A stretch of DNA of 61,813 nucleotides, filler included, from Platydemus manokwari (lineage: Eukaryota): NCBI GenBank assembly GCA_037951405.1. It is 6 parts of 6 records of this genome, joined end to end, with 100 filler letters (N's around TTAATTAATTAA, not from the genome) between each part and the next. Parts side by side here need not be neighbours in the genome. Positions count along the whole stretch, not along the records: positions 9,183 to 17,958 come from JBBMOY011351649.1; positions 18,059 to 30,829 come from JBBMOY011916941.1; 4 more parts are not named here. The stretch is one strand, 5' to 3'. Below, in pieces: positions 9,950-23,033 of this stretch. The notes under the pieces are model-generated. The model was not told the origin of the DNA. It worked only from the letters and a program-made list of their open reading frames with translations, and ran no database searches. Position 1 is the stretch's first letter, and each line of letters starts with the position of its first letter. Made by a program: the position numbers and the translations under genes.

Positions 9950-12700
9950 CTCGCCCTCTCTTAAGCATCTGTCTATCGTTCCAGCTATTTTAACCGTCTA
10001 GATTTTATCTACTTGCCTGTCTGACTTAATTCCGGTAATTCAATATGGGTCTTCGTACGGATATTCTTTTTCCCTCCTCTACTCCCATCTGAAAAATCAA
10101 ATTTATCCTGCTTGTCTAGGTTTAATATTATGTTAGCTGCCACTTCCGCATGGACATTGATTTTCTGCCTGTAGATTATTTCGAAGGACAAAAAATTAGT
10201 TGTTGATTGGTGAGTTGACTTGATGCAGAATTCAATTGATATTAGCAATTCATCCCAAATTATCTAGGTATTTAACCCTTTAAGGAAGCTGTTATTATAT
10301 CTCGTATCGCCCTGATAACTCTGTGCTAGCCCTTTCGATTGATACTGATATGGTAACATGAATTCTTGTTTGATTCCCAGCTTACAGTACCTCTCCCTCA
10401 TAAATTTGCCTTCAAATTGTTTCCCGTTATCAGATATAATGAATTTCGGCATTCCAAAATGATGAATTCATGAGCACAGGATAATCTGGAAGATTATCTT
10501 TCGTCTTGCCTGGGTTTAGCATTAAGGCTCACTAGCAGACTTAGCATGTCGAAAATAACCACTAGTTATTTCTTGTTAATATGGGCCATGTCCATTTAAA
10601 CAATGTTTACTACGATTTGCTTTTGAAACTCAGGGCGTACTCAATGAAGCAGAAACTTTGTAGTTCTGGATTGATCAGCCATTCTCTTTGCACAGATAAT
10701 GTATTCATTTAGTGGTTCTTTGACAGTGTTGAACACGTTGGACCAATAGAAACTACAAATATGTGTAGGTTTTCTTTATGCATAAATGGCACAGTTTTTC
10801 ATGAATTTACTTGACAAATTGAACAGCGAACATTTTTGGTATTATATCAGTCGAACTCTCCTCTTCTTCCTCAGCATTAGAGTAATGCCAAATACCTTCA
10901 AATTATCTTTAATTCTCGAAAGTTAATTTTTATTCCAGAATTCCATGCAAGTTAGAGTGGTTTCATCATTTAAAAATCTGATTGTCTCCACTATTTCTGG
11001 ATTCTCATTTTGTGCTTCCTATTTCCGACTTAATTGCATTTAGGCTAATATCTGATTTTAGGCTTCTCTGTTTATGCTCTTTCGTGTCTCGTCTTGAACC
11101 GGTAGTATAGTGATCTCGACAATATATCTACGTTGCTGTCATTTTCCCATTTTCAGTATATTAAATTGAAATCGTATTCTGATAAGGTCATTATCCATTT
11201 TTGAAAGTTGGGACTGATTCGTTTCCTTTTCCAGAAGAAGACAATAGCTTTGGGATCGGTTCTAGTGCTGAATCCCTTTTCGTACAGGTATTATCTAAAG
11301 TAAATAACATATTTGTGGATAGCAATCACTGTAACACAGTATCCTTTCTCGTAACTACTAAGTGTTCAAGACAATTAGATTATAATTAATTCTGTTCCCA
11401 TTTCGCTAACTTGACTTAAAACGGTATAAATTTTCATCAAAACTCGAGTCCGAATTGAGTACAAATATTCTATTTCCATAATTGGTGTTGTATCGGGTGC
11501 TGACTATTCTACGAAAAAATTGTTTGGAATGATTCTAACAATTGTGATTACTTATCTCCACCCGCGGTTGTAGAGAGTTGTGGAAACACCTGTAATAGTT
11601 TGTCAGGTCTGAAAATAATTATAGTTTAGTAGTACACTGTGGTACTGGGGCATCTCGCAGCTGTTCGATTTTGTCGCAAATTAGGATTTTTATGATTGGC
11701 ACTGGTTGTATGGCCTAAATATCTCATTTCATCTTTTATTAGCGTACATTTCTCTGGATTTACTTTCAGACCAAATGGTTTTTAGTATATCGTCATGCTC
11801 TTGCTGAAGTTCTCGGTATATCAGCACACCATCCAAACATAGCACATTGAAAATAATTCCACCCAATAGCTCATACATTAGACAGATTTCGAAGAGTTTG
11901 TAGTGTTGTAACTAGTCCGAATAAGAATCTGTTGAAATAATTTTGACAGGTTCTTATGCTGAAAGCTGAGCAATCTTGGGTCATTGAAATGAGTTCGACT
12001 TGGTGATAATTCAACCCCAAATCTATAAAGCAGAAATATTTAATATTCACTTAACAGTCTAGAAGTTGATGGATATTGGGCACAAGGAAACTAAATTTTT
12101 CTGTCATTCAGTTGAGTCTTCGGTAATTCACATACATCCGGATGGATCAGACCGTTTTTCCTAAGGTGATTAGGAGTAGTCTTATTACTCTTATTTCCAG
12201 CAAGTTTTTTACCGCATTTTCGATTATTGGGTTTAAGTGCACAGGTTCTCTTCTGAGATTCTGCAAAATATGATTTCCGATAGTTACAATGTCGTGCATG
12301 ATTAAGTTGGTTCTGCACAGATTCAATTTCGAAGCTATGACTATTTTCCATATTACTTGATGAGTCTTCCCATTCTACCTGTGTACACAATTTTGATCGT
12401 TTCCAGTGCGTATTTCGATCTTTCCTAAATTGTATATTTATCCATAATTTGTAATGAATCGATTGTGTTCACTTCTTTCAGCTGAATCCCGAATGCATTC
12501 ATCATGTCAACATCCCTGGTAACATCGGGACAAATTTTTTTTGCAATTACCATCCCGAGTTTCCTATTCTTTCCTTTCCACTCGCCAATCACATCTGCAT
12601 ACCAAAGATGGCGTTTGGTACTCGTTGAAAACACTTCATTAAGCGTTATCGAACTATTCCGTAATTTTTGTAATTCTTCAATTTTTCTGACATACTTGTA
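9950..12700 (-). mobile_element. degenerate Ty3/Gypsy LTR retrotransposon pol region
   Basis: Minus-strand domains run RT, RNase H, integrase. RT: VLCLDGVLIY (from YLDD) and GLKVNPEKC...MRYLGH. RNase H end: LSEYDFNLIY...VDILSR. Integrase: YWSNVFNTVKE..IC and FGMPKFIISDNGKQF. A PPT-like aagagagggcgag lies near 9950-9962. Confidence 0.88.
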
Positions 12701-13904
12701 AGCTTTTATTTATTTTCGACAAATTTGTTTTACTTTTGAGTCGTATAAAATATTTAATTAATAGGTTAAACATTAAGACAGTTGCAATAAATAAAATATT
12801 TCCTCAGTAGGCTAATGAGCGGTATCGTAATAATATAAATTAAAATTATAAATTTTTAATATGTTTTCCTTTGGAAGCTGTGCTAAATGGAAAATAAAAT
12901 TACAATGATAATCAGGATTCTAAAGAGAGAAAATTAAAAGGGAAATCGATGATTGAAAAAGTATGCCTCTGAATGATCTATATGCATAATAATAATAAAC
13001 TCATTTCAAGGCTGAGTATATAAAGCTAATAATGGAAAACGAGATAAATGTTTGGAGATATCTGGCATCACACACTATCATTGGTTAAAAAATTGAGTGG
13101 GATCAAAGGGAGATTACAACAAATAGATATCACACAAATTATTTGGAAACAAGAAATTATGTTGTCTCCTTCATACACAATAATAATAATAATAATAAAT
13201 TCTGGATGGAAATTCATAAAAATCATTGAAAAAAATGAAGAATTTATTGCCACATTACCAAAGGCTGAGGAGTCAGAGATAGAGTTGGTTTCTTTGTGAC
13301 AGTACCTTCCGAATCCCGATTGCATAATAAATTTTAATTCCATTAACTAATACTGATTAAAAATTATCGATTTTCAGTGAGCGTTAATTTTTTACTTTAA
13401 TTTTTTAAATTTTATTACAGCTGTTTAAAGAAAATCCAATGATAAATAATGTTAGGATAAATTATGGTAATCTTAAATCTGGATTTGGAAGAAGGATAAA
13501 ATGACTTGCAGATATTTTAAATGAGACTGGTGATGATGGTCTCACTGTAGTAAAATATTGTCTGAGGAGACTGAAAGAAATTATCAGAATTAATTACCAT
13601 GTATTGAAATTAATAATTTCAATAATAAAACACGTTCAAGTTTGAGAAACAACAATCGGATCTTGAACGTGTTGTAGTATCTATTTATACACATTTATTG
13701 TGATGATTTTTGATGACTGTTTTTCTAATGAAAGAAAAAATACTCAGAGTATTTAGAATAAATATCTGAAAATCGATAGAATTTTTACATTTTTCATCAA
13801 ACTGTTAATCAAATCTAATAGTGAAGCTCACAGGTGGAGCAAAACAAATTTCAGAAACTTTCATTAAAATGAATTAAAATTTGAAGTGATAGAATGTAGA
13901 CATT

Positions 13905-14275
13905 GTATGCCGCTCGTATTTTATGAAGCACGCATTGAAAACGAACGAAAATGTCACGACCCAAATTATATATTTAAATACAGATGTATAAAGAGATTAA
14001 TATAATTTTATATAAAAATTGAATTAAATCTTTAAAAAAATTAATTTATTTAAAAGTTCTCACATCTCCTTTTCTTTAAAATCTTTGATTTTGTTTGTAT
14101 TCTTAATTGTCTCAGTAATGAATATTTATCTACATAACAGCTCTAATTCTTCTACCTTCTTTACATCCTTTTTAGTATCTCCTTTATATCTTCTGTACAG
14201 GTTTTTTATATATTCTCTATATATTCTCAATATCGTCCTCCGGCTTAAGTTAAGAAAAAGAGTCATTTGACCCAT
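13905..14275 (-). repeat. copy of the dispersed exon-intron-like repeat family (one ~370-bp unit)
   Basis: Colinear with 50081-50430 (gaaaacgaac, ccaaattatatattt, ttctcacatc..cttttctttaaaatc, tgtattcttaattg). Confidence 0.8.
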
Positions 14276-14790
14276 TTTCGTTATAATGAATTTTCGTCCA
14301 TGAGATAATTTTATAACTTAATTTTATATATAATTGCGATGTTTGATTTATTCGTATAATTCTAAACATAGTTTAAAAACCAAGTTACCATTCTAATCAC
14401 AACACTTCTGTATGATTATTTGAGTTTTTAAATTTAAATTTTTATAATTATAAATCTAGTTAGTTAATTACAGTCATGTTTAATAATATCATTGCTTATT
14501 TTTATAAAATAATTGTAAAAATTGGCAATATCTCTCAATTTGCTTTTAATGTTGTAAAAGGGTCCACGCTAATTTTCAATAAATTGCAATTCGACTTACT
14601 TTGATCCATTTTTTAAAATAATTGATTTTTAGAAGATTTTTAAGCTCAAATGTATTTAATATTTGATTTCAAGCAACTAACAAAAAAATTCAAAATGTTT
14701 TTGAAGAATTTAATTAATTACACTTAATTAATTCTGCAATACATTAAAAAAATTTCAACTTTCATTTAAGGACTCTTTTTTTAACTTTAG

Positions 14791-14990
14791 ACCTTCCTCC
14801 TTCTCTTCTATAATTTTCATTGAACATCTCAGATTCGAATCCAGGCGTTTGATCGCCATGTAAGCCGCCACTGAAAAGATACGACACCAAATTATATCTT
14901 CAAATACAATTATATAGATAAATTAATATAATTTTTTATAAAATTTGAAAGTTTTTTTTAAAAATTTAATTCATTTAAAAATTCTCACAA
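14791..14990 (-). repeat. partial copy of the same repeat family
   Basis: cttcctccttctcttc.ataattttca, catgtaagccgc, cgacaccaaattatat and aattctcacaa are shared with 50727-50940. Confidence 0.8.
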
Positions 14991-16113
14991 ACATGTCGAT
15001 GAGATCAAATATCTATTAGAATTATAAAAATGACAATCTGGACTTTTAATTCATTTAAATTTTCGTTCTTAAAAAATGTCTTGGGATAATTTTCCTAGTA
15101 AAATACGCGTTCATATGTTATTATGTAATAATAACGATTTTGATATTAGATTTTCACAGAGTCGAATTTAACCCTCGCTACTCGTCCATCAGCTAATATC
15201 TCTTATATAAATATTAAAAAAGTAAAAACATCGTTTGTTGGCATCCAAAAGTAACATGTGTTTTTTTTCGAATATTAAAACAAAAGCAAATATCTAAGAT
15301 TAATCTAACTAAAAACAATCTTGAAATTTCGCCCTATCATACTCATCTGATTTGCAAATTCGAATGTGCTTTTTAATAATTAAATTTACAAAATAACGCA
15401 AAGACATTTCAATAAAAACGTAATAATTTATTTAAAGTTATAATAATAGGAAATATTAAGATTAACATCAATAATAATAATAATAATATAATAATAACAT
15501 TTCTCAAAACCATTAATAGATTTCCATCCAACAAATAAATAATAAATCAATCATTGAATGGCTTCTTATCACAACCTATTTTTCACAATGAAACAACCAT
15601 CGAACATATTAATTTTCATCAATAAAAAAATGGTAAAACTAAATAAAGAAAAACAAATGAAAAATAGTGACTGATAAAAATCAATCCAAACCCAAGTAAT
15701 TCATCAAGTTTCTAATAAAATTACATAAAAAAACTAAAAATCACAATCATAGAATTACACAACCTTAGAATTGAAAGTTACATATTGTCATCTGAATAAA
15801 GTAGAAGAGATCAATTGAAACATCTCAAATTGAGGTTTGATAATAATAATAAAAAATAACACCATTTTGTCAGTTCAATTTTCAAATTCTCGCAAAAAAA
15901 AACACGATAACTGATTAATTATTCTACTGCCAAATATCGTTTTGAAGAATGTTTTTTTTTCGATCTACCGAAATCAAATTTGTTGAATTGATTAAAGAAA
16001 TCTTGAATAAAGTCAAATGAAAAAAAGATAAATGGTAATCACATTGACAAATCCCATCAAGAGCTCTACTGTTGAAAAAATAGATTCATACCAAATATTT
16101 CAAAACAATTAAT

Positions 16114-16340
16114 CTACGAGGAATGATAGAGAATTTGGAAAATCCAAAACAAAGATAAATATGATAGACTACCACTAGAAAGAATTGTTGAACGTTTATT
16201 ATTTTTTTTGCCTGGACCACTTTTGGAACTTTTGGCTTCTGGTTTGTTTTTCGAATGGGAATTTGATTGCGGTTCGGTAGGCTTTGGATCTGATATTAGA
16301 GTCTTTTGCACATTGTTCGTTCTAGGATGGCATTTAGTAT
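16114..16340 (-). CDS. possible terminal exon of a membrane-tethered or GPI-anchored protein
   Basis: A tttaag acceptor precedes an open frame with a polar K/S/P linker and a hydrophobic C-terminus (LSYLSLFWIFQILY) before the stop. Upstream exons were not identified. Confidence 0.35.
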
Positions 16341-17149
16341 CTTAAATATCGGTATGAAATGCAGTATTGTGTACAATACCATGTGCTAGTCAAGTGGCTG
16401 GAAACCATGTTTAACATCAGATTTATAAATTAATTAAATAATCTTTCAAATAAAAGCTTTCCAAAAGATTCCCAACCCTCGTACTAGAAATAACAATAAA
16501 GAACATTCATTTAAGTGTAGTGGTGAAATTATGTTGTTTAATTATGAAGAATATACTTTTCATGAATTAATTCACATGGAAACGGTTTCAAAGTAGGACT
16601 CTAATAAATAACACATGTCGGAGTTTGTTTTTCCTTCGAAAAAACCCTACAATTTTCAACATCTTTAATATAAAAGAAAATGTCGTTTTTAGTTATCCAC
16701 ACATGGCTTTCGAAAACTTTATTTAGTGTCCTTCTTTATTATTTTCTATTATAGAGTTAACACATCACTTTTATACTGGCCGTTGTGAAGGATCTAATTA
16801 GAACTCCACTTCTACTGGGAGTGTCTGCGAAGAGAGAAAATTTTGCTTATGAAGCTGGGATTAGTAGAACAAATCATTAAAGTATTATTACAGTGACTAT
16901 TTCACATGGGTGATCGGGAGACATTTTTTGATTTATCAAGATAATTCTGACAAATAGCCAAACGTAGACTCTTAAATCATACAATGATTGTTTAATCGGG
17001 TTTCATTTAAACATATTATAAAGTATTTGTTTCATTTAATAAGCGTGAGGAACGTGCTCATAATAAATTTCGTGCGATTGAAATATAGTCACTACACTCA
17101 AGTGACACGTGATAGTAAATTTGAACTGGTCGTGGGTAAACGAAAATCA

Positions 17150-17710
17150 AATAGCGTGTTTGAGATTCTACCAACTGGTATTGATGAGTAGAAAGATTTC
17201 TGAAACTCGATAACTAATGAATCACGGATTTTAATAATAAATAGTTCAATCAACAAGTAAATCGAAACTGTTAAAATGGTCATAAAAGTAAAGGACAATG
17301 GTTTGATAGATCTGGAATTCATCCATGATAGAATCCTAATATGTCATTCTTTTATCAATATGTAGGTAACACATGAGATATTATGAACAACTAACACAGG
17401 TAAGCCTTAATCGTAAATGACGACAAATAAATAATGCATCACTTCGACGGTAGTGAGATATAGATTGCGTAATTATTACACAAGAAATAAAATTCCATGA
17501 AGATTAAATTCGTTACTTTAGAATAGTAGAGGATTCAATTTACAGCAGACAAAACTTTATTTCGTTACCATTCATGTTTTGTCGGCCTATGAAAGATCTT
17601 GTTTAATATCCAGACCTGGCATAAGCCAGTAAAATCAGAAGTTATCACTGTGACTGTGGTTTAGAATTTATTGGGAACATTTCTCCAATTTTAACAACAT
17701 CACTATTTGC
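17150..17710 (+). mobile_element. possible highly decayed Penelope-like reverse transcriptase remnant
   Basis: Scattered motif echoes in the expected order across frames: RYYEQLTQVSL, NSMKIKFVTLE, TWHKPVKS. Many stops. Confidence 0.25.
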
Positions 17711-17958
17711 AGCGTTATTTAATCATGAGAATGAACAAATTCGAAGGAAGTCAAATAATTAAAACCTAGTTATGGTTAGAAAGTTAAGAACAAAACAAGA
17801 TTATAAAATGAGATCTCTCTTGCTGCGTAGTCTTTTTCTAGTATTCATCAAACCATTAGGTTTAAAAAATACAAGGGAATTCTATTAGGTGTATTAGTAT
17901 GATTCCGGCTTTTACAAAAATGAGTTAAAATTTGTATTTCAATGAATAAATTTAATTG

Positions 17959-18058
17959 NNNNNNNNNNNNNNNNNNNNNNNNNNNNNNNNNNNNNNNNNN
18001 NNTTAATTAATTAANNNNNNNNNNNNNNNNNNNNNNNNNNNNNNNNNNNNNNNNNNNN
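17959..18058. other. artificial contig spacer
   Basis: 44 N + TTAATTAATTAA + 44 N. Confidence 0.98.
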
Positions 18059-18505
18059 TTACCTCATTAATAATTATTTATAAATTATTGAATAGATTTT
18101 ATAATTATTTATTTTAATATTATTATTATTATTATTTAATTAAAAATAATAATTTTGTAACTATTTTCATTAATTTCTTGTTTATATTTGAAAAATTTTC
18201 AAAAATTTGTATTAATCAAATAAAATTTTATAATTAATAAAATAATCAATATAATCGTTATAATTTATTGATTAATTATTATTATTATTTTAATAAAAAT
18301 AAAATATATTATTTATTAATTTAATAATTATTTTTCATTTATTAAAATATTTATTTTGATATTAAATTGCGATATTACTTTCAAATTGTAATCAATATTT
18401 TCCTTATTAATTCACGTGATTTGTTTAAATCGACACAATTTCAATTTTTATGATATTTTAAACAAGTAAAAAAAATTAACAATTTTGTTTGTAATTTTTC
18501 TCTAG

Positions 18506-18826
18506 CTCACTTGTTCGGAAAATTCTCCCGACGTAACATTAAACACGAAATTGTTAGACAAATTTCCCGAACTCGAACCAATTTTATCGATCGGTTCATT
18601 TCGATCGCACACCAACAACAAAAAATCCCAAATCCTGGTCCTTGAATGTTTTAAATGCGATTTCACGACGATCCAATGGAATAGTTTTGTGAGGCATTGT
18701 TTTAAATGTGTTCGACCCGACGATTCGATCAATCGGGAAGTTTCCATCTATCTCTGTTCGTCCTGTTCGACAATGTCGACGACGAAACATTTGCTGGACG
18801 AACACATAATCGAATGTGATCGCAAA
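18506..18826 (+). CDS. internal exon of the multi-zinc-finger gene (two C2HC/C2H2-like fingers)
   Basis: Acceptor tttttctctag ends at 18505 and donor GTGAGA starts at 18827, phase 0/0. Encodes CFKCDFTT..FVRHCFKC and CSSCSTMS..LDEHIIEC. Codon style matches the downstream exon. Earlier exons are lost at the contig break. Confidence 0.8.
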
Positions 18827-19261
18827 GTGAGATATCGATTTTTTTGAAATTTTCCTCCACCGCCCATGCATTTGAATTGATAACACAAAGATCACCCCAA
18901 TCAATTTTATTCAATATTATCCCATTAAATATTCAATCAAACATTAACACGTGGTCTGGCAAGACACAAATTTTCGTTTTCTGTTCCGTTTTTTCATTCT
19001 TCAATCGTCGTTCAGTCAAGATTTACGACAGATTTTTCAATGACTGTGAAATCGTTTCCAAGCACACTTCTATTTTCCATCCTTCACACAGACATCGATA
19101 TATCAATCATGATTTTGTATTGAAATATTTTCACGGCCTTCTCTTCTGTGTGTTTTGGTGTTTGACGATCTTTTGAAGAGTTTGTGTTGGCACAGTGTGG
19201 ATGACATGATGAATGAAATATGTGTTGATGTAATATGTCTGACGTAATAACTTGTGAATAT

Positions 19262-19290
19262 TATCATCATCATCATCATCATCATCATCA
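19262..19290 (+). repeat. (ATC)n microsatellite in intron
   Basis: Read directly; it explains the poly-M and poly-D spurious ORFs. Confidence 0.9.
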
Positions 19291-19940
19291 TTGTCTATGA
19301 TGGCCTTCATATTTTTTCTTTCAACAAAACAGTGGTGTTCCATTTATTGAAATGAATGCAGTGTCTAGCATCAAATATATTCCTCCATCTTTCACTCGAA
19401 TCTTTGGCGTTGTGGAATATATTTTGTTATTATCCAAGCATTTATTCAATTTGTTGGTTTTCTTGTATTTTTTTTCTTCCATATTGTTTTTAATTTTTTA
19501 TTTTTTTAATTTTTATTTTTTTAATTTTTATTTTTTTAATTTTTTAATTTTTTTTAATTTTTTTAATTCCTTGTTTTATATGAAATAATTTTCTTAGCTT
19601 TTTTTATTTTTCTCTTTTTTCTTGTGACACATTATTAATTCTTTTCCTGTTTGATTGATATTTTGTCGATCGAGATGAGATTTCTTCCAAAGATAACGTT
19701 GTATTTTTGTCTTTTTCTTTGAAATTCCTTTTACAATTTTTCTCTTTTGAGTTCAATTATATTTTTTTATAATGTGAAGATTTTTTCTTAATTTTTTTTA
19801 TCGGTAATTTACGATTATGGTTTTAAAGCGTCTTTCATCTCAACAAATAGAAACTCAAACCCAATCAATTCAAATGCTGGGATGAGCGGATTGATAGACC
19901 TGGTTTTTAGATGATTTTTTTATTGTCTTTCAATTTATAG

Positions 19941-22900
19941 GCCAAACTGGTAATCGAAACCTTTCCAATTCGTATATTTACAGAAAAAACCGAACCAGTC
20001 TTAGTAAAAGACGAAACGAGTCGTCCTTGTAAACGTAGTCGCAGTGTCAATAGTAACTCCATCGACAATGGCAACTCCAAACGTCCTCGAATCAGTGAAA
20101 GTCCCGATAGTAAATGTAAAACCGAAGAAGCCGTTGTATCCGACTTAGAAGATTTGGAAGTCGTCAACACGGAATTCGTTTCGATTCCATTCGATGAGGA
20201 TGGATTCCGAACGAACAATCCAAATATTCCATATCAACAGAAAGAAACGATCATTTCGAAAATGCGCCAATTCAATCAAAATCAAATCAGTATCGTCGGC
20301 AAAGAAAACTATGGCCGAATACCGGAATGTCCCGAATGTCACAAAGTGTTCTCGTACGGATTCGGCGATTTCAAGCGACATTTCTTGTCGGTCCATTTGG
20401 ATATCGAGAAAGAATTCATCAAAGAATGTCTGAAATATACTCGATTGCCCAAGAGCAATGACAAATTCCAAGAACTTCAAGAACAGATCGTCATGCGAAA
20501 TCTTCGTCCGAAATCCATCGACAAGGACAAAATCAAAGTGCCTCTTCCATATTCGATTGTAGCGTTGCGTCAACTGACGAAATTCTTGCCCCAATCGACT
20601 CAGCAATATTTGCTGGAGAAAATGCGCGCCTATTCCACCATGTCGATCATCATTCAAAACTTTGACAACAGTCGTCGATTTCTGTGCAATCAATGCACCT
20701 ACTCGTCACCGTACGCACTCGCCGATGTTCGCAAGCACATTATGGGTTCGCATTGTGGCATATCGACGAAACATTTCCGATTCTGTCTCCAAGCATCGCG
20801 CCTTGATCCCAATGAATTCACATTGTTGTCCGACGATAAAATTCTCAATCTTGCCGAAGATCTCAGTCGACGAACGAAACACAAAACGTTCGGCATTTCA
20901 TCATCGCACAATCGGCGATCGCAGCGGCATTCGTTGACGAAAAAGAAAAAACACTCGCCACCAACCAATGCCAAGGAACCACCGATCTCGAAACCATGTC
21001 TCGTCAAAAGCGAACCCACCCANNNNNNNNNNNNNNNNNNNNNNNNNNNNNNNNNNNNNNNNNNNNNNNNNNNNNNNNNNNNNNNNNNNNNNNNNNNNNN
21101 NNNNNNNNNNNNNNNNNNNNNNNNNNNNNNNNNNNNNNNNNNNNNNNNNNNNNNAAAGGGTGTCAATGCTCTCTATCTCAATGCCGATACGAATTTCAAT
21201 TTAACGCTTCCATTTTCCGAAAACGTTCTCCACAATCTTCTCCAGCAAATGATTCCCGACGATCAGATTCCTGCCTTGATTCAAAAGATGAAAGTCTATT
21301 CTGGTTACAGTTTGAAACGGTTGTGTAAAAATGATCGAACCGTCGCATTTCAATGCCCATGTGGACGTGTGTTCCACACTGCTCGCATACCGGATTTGAA
21401 AATGCGAGCCGCCACACTCGCCGATGCTCGTCGACACGTTATGGGCGTCCATGCTAAAATACCGCAATCGTTGATTACGGTCTGTTGTCAAGCGTCGCGA
21501 ATCTGTCGGGAGAACGATTTCCAGATTTATTCCGATGACATGTTGCTCCAATTGGCATCCGAACGGCAGGGCAAATTGCAGGATTCTCAATCTCGTTCCA
21601 ATGTCGTCGCCGATTCCAGTTCGAAATCGCAAGATCTTCAAGCCGACCAAACCGGCACGAGTTCGGTCGATCTCGGCGAAGAGAATTCGGGTGGCATCAA
21701 CGATCAGGATCTGTCATCGCCAATGCCATCGGTCTGTGAACAGCAATCGACATTGGAAATCTGTACATCATCCAAAACCAATTCCTTTCTCACGACGAAC
21801 TTCCCGCCCGAAGACGAATTGCCGCCAATCGCTGTCAAAGACGAGATGCCTTCATTCAATTTCGTAAACGATTTGACTGCTGAACAACGTCAATATTCGG
21901 CATTGGCCGATGAGAGTGCCGTTTCGCGTTTGGCGAGCGAAAACAGTAAAATCGAGCGAATCATTCATTTACCATACTCTTTGGAAGCCTTAAAATGTCT
22001 CACCGACGGTTATTGTGAACCGAGTTTCTTCCCGGTGCTCCAGGAAAAGATGAACATCTATTCCAAATACAAAATTTTCATTGTTCGCCGAGAGGGTCGG
22101 CGAATATTCTGCTGTTCGGGATGTCCGTCGTCGTCACCACACGGTATGGGTGACGTGAAGAAGCACATTCTCGGTGTTCACGCTCGAATACCCGAACGGT
22201 TCAAAGCTGCCGCGATGCATTGTTCACGGTTGAGTCGCGAGGATACATCACTGTTACCCGATCACTTGTTGTTGCAACTGGCCAAAATGAAATGGAAAGG
22301 CAGTGTCATCAAACCGTTGGCCGAACTATCGGTCGAAGATCGAATCAAAACGTTTTCCAAAAAAAATTGGGAAGGCAAACAGCGAAATACTCGCTCATCG
22401 AATTATTATTCAATGGTCGAACAATCACTTTTCAATCTCAATCAATCGGCCGAATCAGATTCGTCGAAAAACAATCAGTTGAAACTCGAAAACAACCCAT
22501 CACTGCTCAGCGATGACACAGTCGACGACAACTTTCTGTCGAATCGAGAAAGTGAAATTATCGTACCGGACGAATTTTTCGTCGAGATTCGTCAGAAACA
22601 ATCGGAAGTTGCTTACAAATGTTCGATGTGCGATTATGAATCGCGTTTCATTGGCAACAGTAAAGGTCACATCGTTCGTGAACATTTAGGTATTCCAGCA
22701 CACACGTGCAGTATTTGTGAGCAGTTGTTCAATTCGCGTGCTAGTGTGTTGGCACATCACGAGAAAGATCATCCCAGTATTGCGTTCACATTGGCCCATT
22801 ACGGTCCATACAAAATTGCCATGTCGAGAATTGTCGTCAAAGAACTATCGTCACTGACAACCACAACCATGACACCAGCAAATCGAACAACGACAATGGT

Positions 22901-23033
22901 CGCAGTAATCGGCAATGGTAATAATTTCCACAGCGGTGAAATGAAAAATTCATCCTCAACCGATTCCAAACAACACAACAGCTTTCTCCAATCCAACCAA
23001 GAACTCAACGACTTTGACATGTATTTGATATGA
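19941..23033 (+). CDS. terminal exon of a large zinc-finger protein: four ~105-aa zinc-finger modules plus two classical C2H2 fingers
   Basis: Acceptor tttatag ends at 19940, phase 0, in frame with the 20154 ORF (joins ...ECDRK|AKLVIET...). Raised GC. Repeated C-x1-2-C...D-x3-H-x4-H motifs. C-terminal YKCSMC..HIVREH and HTCSIC..HHEKDH. Interrupted by a 132-N gap (21023-21154), so frame continuity across the gap is assumed. Confidence 0.88.
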   Translation, partial: AKLVIETFPIRIFTEKTEPVLVKDETSRPCKRSRSVNSNSIDNGNSKRPRISESPDSKCKTEEAVVSDLEDLEVVNTEFVSIPFDEDGFRTNNPNIPYQQKETIISKMRQFNQNQISIVGKENYGRIPECPECHKVFSYGFGDFKRHFLSVHLDIEKEFIKECLKYTRLPKSNDKFQELQEQIVMRNLRPKSIDKDKIKVPLPYSIVALRQLTKFLPQSTQQYLLEKMRAYSTMSIIIQNFDNSRRFLCNQCTYSSPYALADVRKHIMGSHCGISTKHFRFCLQASRLDPNEFTLLSDDKILNLAEDLSRRTKHKTFGISSSHNRRSQRHSLTKKKKHSPPTNAKEPPISKPCLVKSEPTXXXXXXXXXXXXXXXXXXXXXXXXXXXXXXXXXXXXXXXXXXXXXKGVNALYLNADTNFNLTLPFSENVLHNLLQQMIPDDQIPALIQKMKVYSGYSLKRLCKNDRTVAFQCPCGRVFHTARIPDLKMRAATLADARRHVMGVHAKIPQSLITVCCQASRICRENDFQIYSDDMLLQLASERQGKLQDSQSRSNVVADSSSKSQDLQADQTGTSSVDLGEENSGGINDQDLSSPMPSVCEQQSTLEICTSSKTNSFLTTNFPPEDELPPIAVKDEMPSFNFVNDLTAEQRQYSALADESAVSRLASENSKIERIIHLPYSLEALKCLTDGYCEPSFFPVLQEKMNIYSKYKIFIVRREGRRIFCCSGCPSSSPHGMGDVKKHILGVHARIPERFKAAAMHCSRLSREDTSLLPDHLLLQLAKMKWKGSVIKPLAELSVEDRIKTFSKKNWEGKQRNTRSSNYYSMVEQSLFNLNQSAESDSSKNNQLKLENNPSLLSDDTVDDNFLSNRESEIIVPDEFFVEIRQKQSEVAYKCSMCDYESRFIGNSKGHIVREHLGIPAHTCSICEQLFNSRASVLAHHEKDHPSIAFTLAHYGPYKIAMSRIVVKELSSLTTTTMTPANRTTTMVAVIGNGNNFHSGEMKNSSSTDSKQHNSFLQSNQELNDFDMYLI

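Noticed and set aside
19103-19588. Poly-M, poly-D and F/N-rich ORFs
   Set aside because: They are translations of an intronic (ATC)n microsatellite and T-rich low-complexity DNA.
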